DNA of 64,000 nt, from the NCBI GenBank assembly GCA_965116735.1, contig OZ220712.1, positions 87,378 through 151,377 on the forward strand, written 5' to 3'. The stretch's first letter is position 1. Every line of letters begins with the position of its first letter. A model generated the notes under the pieces. The model worked only from the letters and a program-made list of their open reading frames with translations. It did not search any database and was not told where the DNA came from. The DNA is from Thermodesulfobacteriota bacterium. Its GTDB lineage: Bacteria; Desulfobacterota; Binatia; UBA9968; JAJDTQ01. Positions 62,110 to 64,000 of this stretch are shown piece after piece. The translations under genes were made by a program, and so were the position numbers.

Positions 62110-64000
62110 GTGAGCGACACCTACATCGTCGGCGTCGACATCGGCGGCACCTTCACCGATTGCGTCGCGGTGAGCGGCGAGGGGAGCATGACCCTGGGAA
62201 AGGCGTCGTCGACGCCGCGGAACTTCGCGGTGGGGGTGCTCGACGCGGTGCGGGACGCGGCGCGAAACCTCGGCATGGCCGACGAGGGCGACCTGCTGAG
62301 CGCCACGCGGCTCTTCTACCACGCCTGCACCATCGGCGATAACACGCTGATCACGCGCACCGGCGCGCGCACCGGTCTCATCGCCACCGCCGGGTTCGGC
62401 GACACCATCCTGATGATGCGCGGCGGCGTGGTGGCGGGGCTGCCGGAGTCCGAAGCGCACCACATGGCGGCGCTTACGAAGCCGGAGCCCCTGGTTCCCA
62501 AGCCCCTCATTGCCGAGGTCAACGAACGCATGGATTTCGAGGGGGATGCGCTCGTGGACCTGGACGAAGCGGAAGCTGAGCGCGCCATCGGAAAGCTCGT
62601 GGAACGCGGCGTCGAGTCGGTGGCGGTCTCGCTCCTGTGGTCCATCGCCAACGACGGCCATGAACGGATCATCGGCGAGCTGCTGGGCCGGCGGCATCCC
62701 GACCTGTTCGTGACCCTTTCCAGCGAGGCGGCTCCCTTCCAGGGAGAATACGAACGCACCGCGACGACGGTCTTCAACGCCTATATCGGTCCCCGGATCG
62801 GCGCGTACCTGAACCAACTGCGCGCGCTCCTGCGAGACCGGGGCCTGAGGAGGGAGCCGCTGATCATGCAGGCCTACGGCGGCGTCCTGGGCGTTGACGA
62901 CTCCGTGCGCAAGGCGGTGGGGACCATCGAGTCGGGTCCCGCGGCCGGGGTCGCGGCCTGCCATTACATGGGCCGCCTGAGCGGCATCGACAACATCGTG
63001 GCGGCGGACATGGGCGGCACCACCTTCAAGGTCGGCATTATCCGCGGCGGCGCCATGGAGCGGGACTACCAGCCCGTCTTCCTGCGCTACCGGCTGCTGT
63101 CTCCCAAGATCTGGGTGGAATCCATCGGCGCCGGAGGCGGCAGCATCGCCTGGATCGAGGAAGGGACCGGCCTCTTGAAGGTCGGCCCGCGCGGCGCCGG
63201 CGCCAATCCCGGTCCGGTGTGCTACAACCGCGGCGGCACCGAGCCCACCGTCACCGATGCCAGCCTGGTCCTGGGCTACCTGAACCCCGAGTACTTCCTC
63301 GGCGGCCAGATCGCCCTCGACGTGGAGGCCGCGCGCCGGGCGGTGGAGGAGAAGGTGGCTCGGCCTCTGGGCATGAGCGTCACCGAGGCGGCTGGCGCCA
63401 TCCACCGCATCGTCAACGCCCAGATGAGCGACCTGATCCGCAACGCCACCGTCCAGCGCGGACACGATCCGCGGGGCGACACCCTGTTCGCCTTCGGCGG
63501 CGCCTGCCCGCTGCATGCCGGCCGGTTCGCGGCCGAGCTCGGCATCGAGCAGGTGGTGGTCCCGGTGACCGCCTCGGTGCACGGCGCCGTGGGTCTCGTG
63601 TCCTCCGACGTGGTGTACGAGGAGGGGGTTTCGGACCGCTGCCTGGTGCCGGTCCCGGCCGACCGCGTCAACGCGTCCTTCTCGCCGGTCCTTTCCAAGG
63701 TCCGCCGCAGCCTGGAGGACGCGGGTTTCGCCGGCGCGGACCTCACCCTCGCGCGGAGCGTGGACATGCGGTACCGCTACCAGGTCCACGAGATCAACGT
63801 CCCGATCCCGCCGGGAGAGGCTGACCTGACCGAAGAGGATCTCGAGGCCGTGTATGCCCGGTTCGACGGGCTCTACGAGGCGGTCTACGGCAAGGGCTCG
63901 GCCTACCGGGCCGCCGGCCGGGAAATCGTCACCCTGCGGGTCACCGGCTCGGGGGCGCTGCCCAAGCCGGTACTGCGGCCGCTGGAGGGCGACGGCGATG
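62110..64000 (+). CDS. Second hydantoinase A / oxoprolinase subunit (3' end outside window)
   Basis: GTG after AGGAG; GVDIGGTFTD, ESGPAAG, DMGGTTFK, IGAGGGS; absent from the ORF track because no stop lies in the window. Confidence 0.9.
   Translation, partial: MSDTYIVGVDIGGTFTDCVAVSGEGSMTLGKASSTPRNFAVGVLDAVRDAARNLGMADEGDLLSATRLFYHACTIGDNTLITRTGARTGLIATAGFGDTILMMRGGVVAGLPESEAHHMAALTKPEPLVPKPLIAEVNERMDFEGDALVDLDEAEAERAIGKLVERGVESVAVSLLWSIANDGHERIIGELLGRRHPDLFVTLSSEAAPFQGEYERTATTVFNAYIGPRIGAYLNQLRALLRDRGLRREPLIMQAYGGVLGVDDSVRKAVGTIESGPAAGVAACHYMGRLSGIDNIVAADMGGTTFKVGIIRGGAMERDYQPVFLRYRLLSPKIWVESIGAGGGSIAWIEEGTGLLKVGPRGAGANPGPVCYNRGGTEPTVTDASLVLGYLNPEYFLGGQIALDVEAARRAVEEKVARPLGMSVTEAAGAIHRIVNAQMSDLIRNATVQRGHDPRGDTLFAFGGACPLHAGRFAAELGIEQVVVPVTASVHGAVGLVSSDVVYEEGVSDRCLVPVPADRVNASFSPVLSKVRRSLEDAGFAGADLTLARSVDMRYRYQVHEINVPIPPGEADLTEEDLEAVYARFDGLYEAVYGKGSAYRAAGREIVTLRVTGSGALPKPVLRPLEGDGD

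Overview
High-GC, Gram-negative bacterial window. The abundance of amidohydrolases, TctC/Bug binding proteins, UbiD/UbiX, hydantoinases and cupins resembles Deltaproteobacteria/Binatia-type genomes, which is an inference only. 1-5.9 kb: partial ggt and a class-V aminotransferase-serA-purA operon under a ZMP/ZTP (pfl) riboswitch with a terminator. About 6.0-18.1 kb: lower-GC defence island with an AAA ATPase, a small GIY-YIG nuclease, a type III-like restriction helicase/nuclease (Res), VapC, a Mod methyltransferase and a trypsin-like protease gene split by IS630 and IS5 insertions. The most striking signal is that Res ends in a VapB-antitoxin-like tail directly coupled to an intact vapC that has no separate antitoxin gene, i.e. 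a restriction enzyme that may itself be the antitoxin. 18-64 kb: metabolic genes, including a CoxD/CoxE/XdhC plus CTP-riboflavin kinase/UbiX/split-barrel cofactor operon, a Phd-VapC TA pair, hydantoinase/oxoprolinase pairs and a UbiD-TctC-two diiron HO-like-two cupin catabolic cluster, with many REP-like palindromes and CTAG-flanked MITE-like elements. All calls come from reading motifs by eye; no database searches were run.
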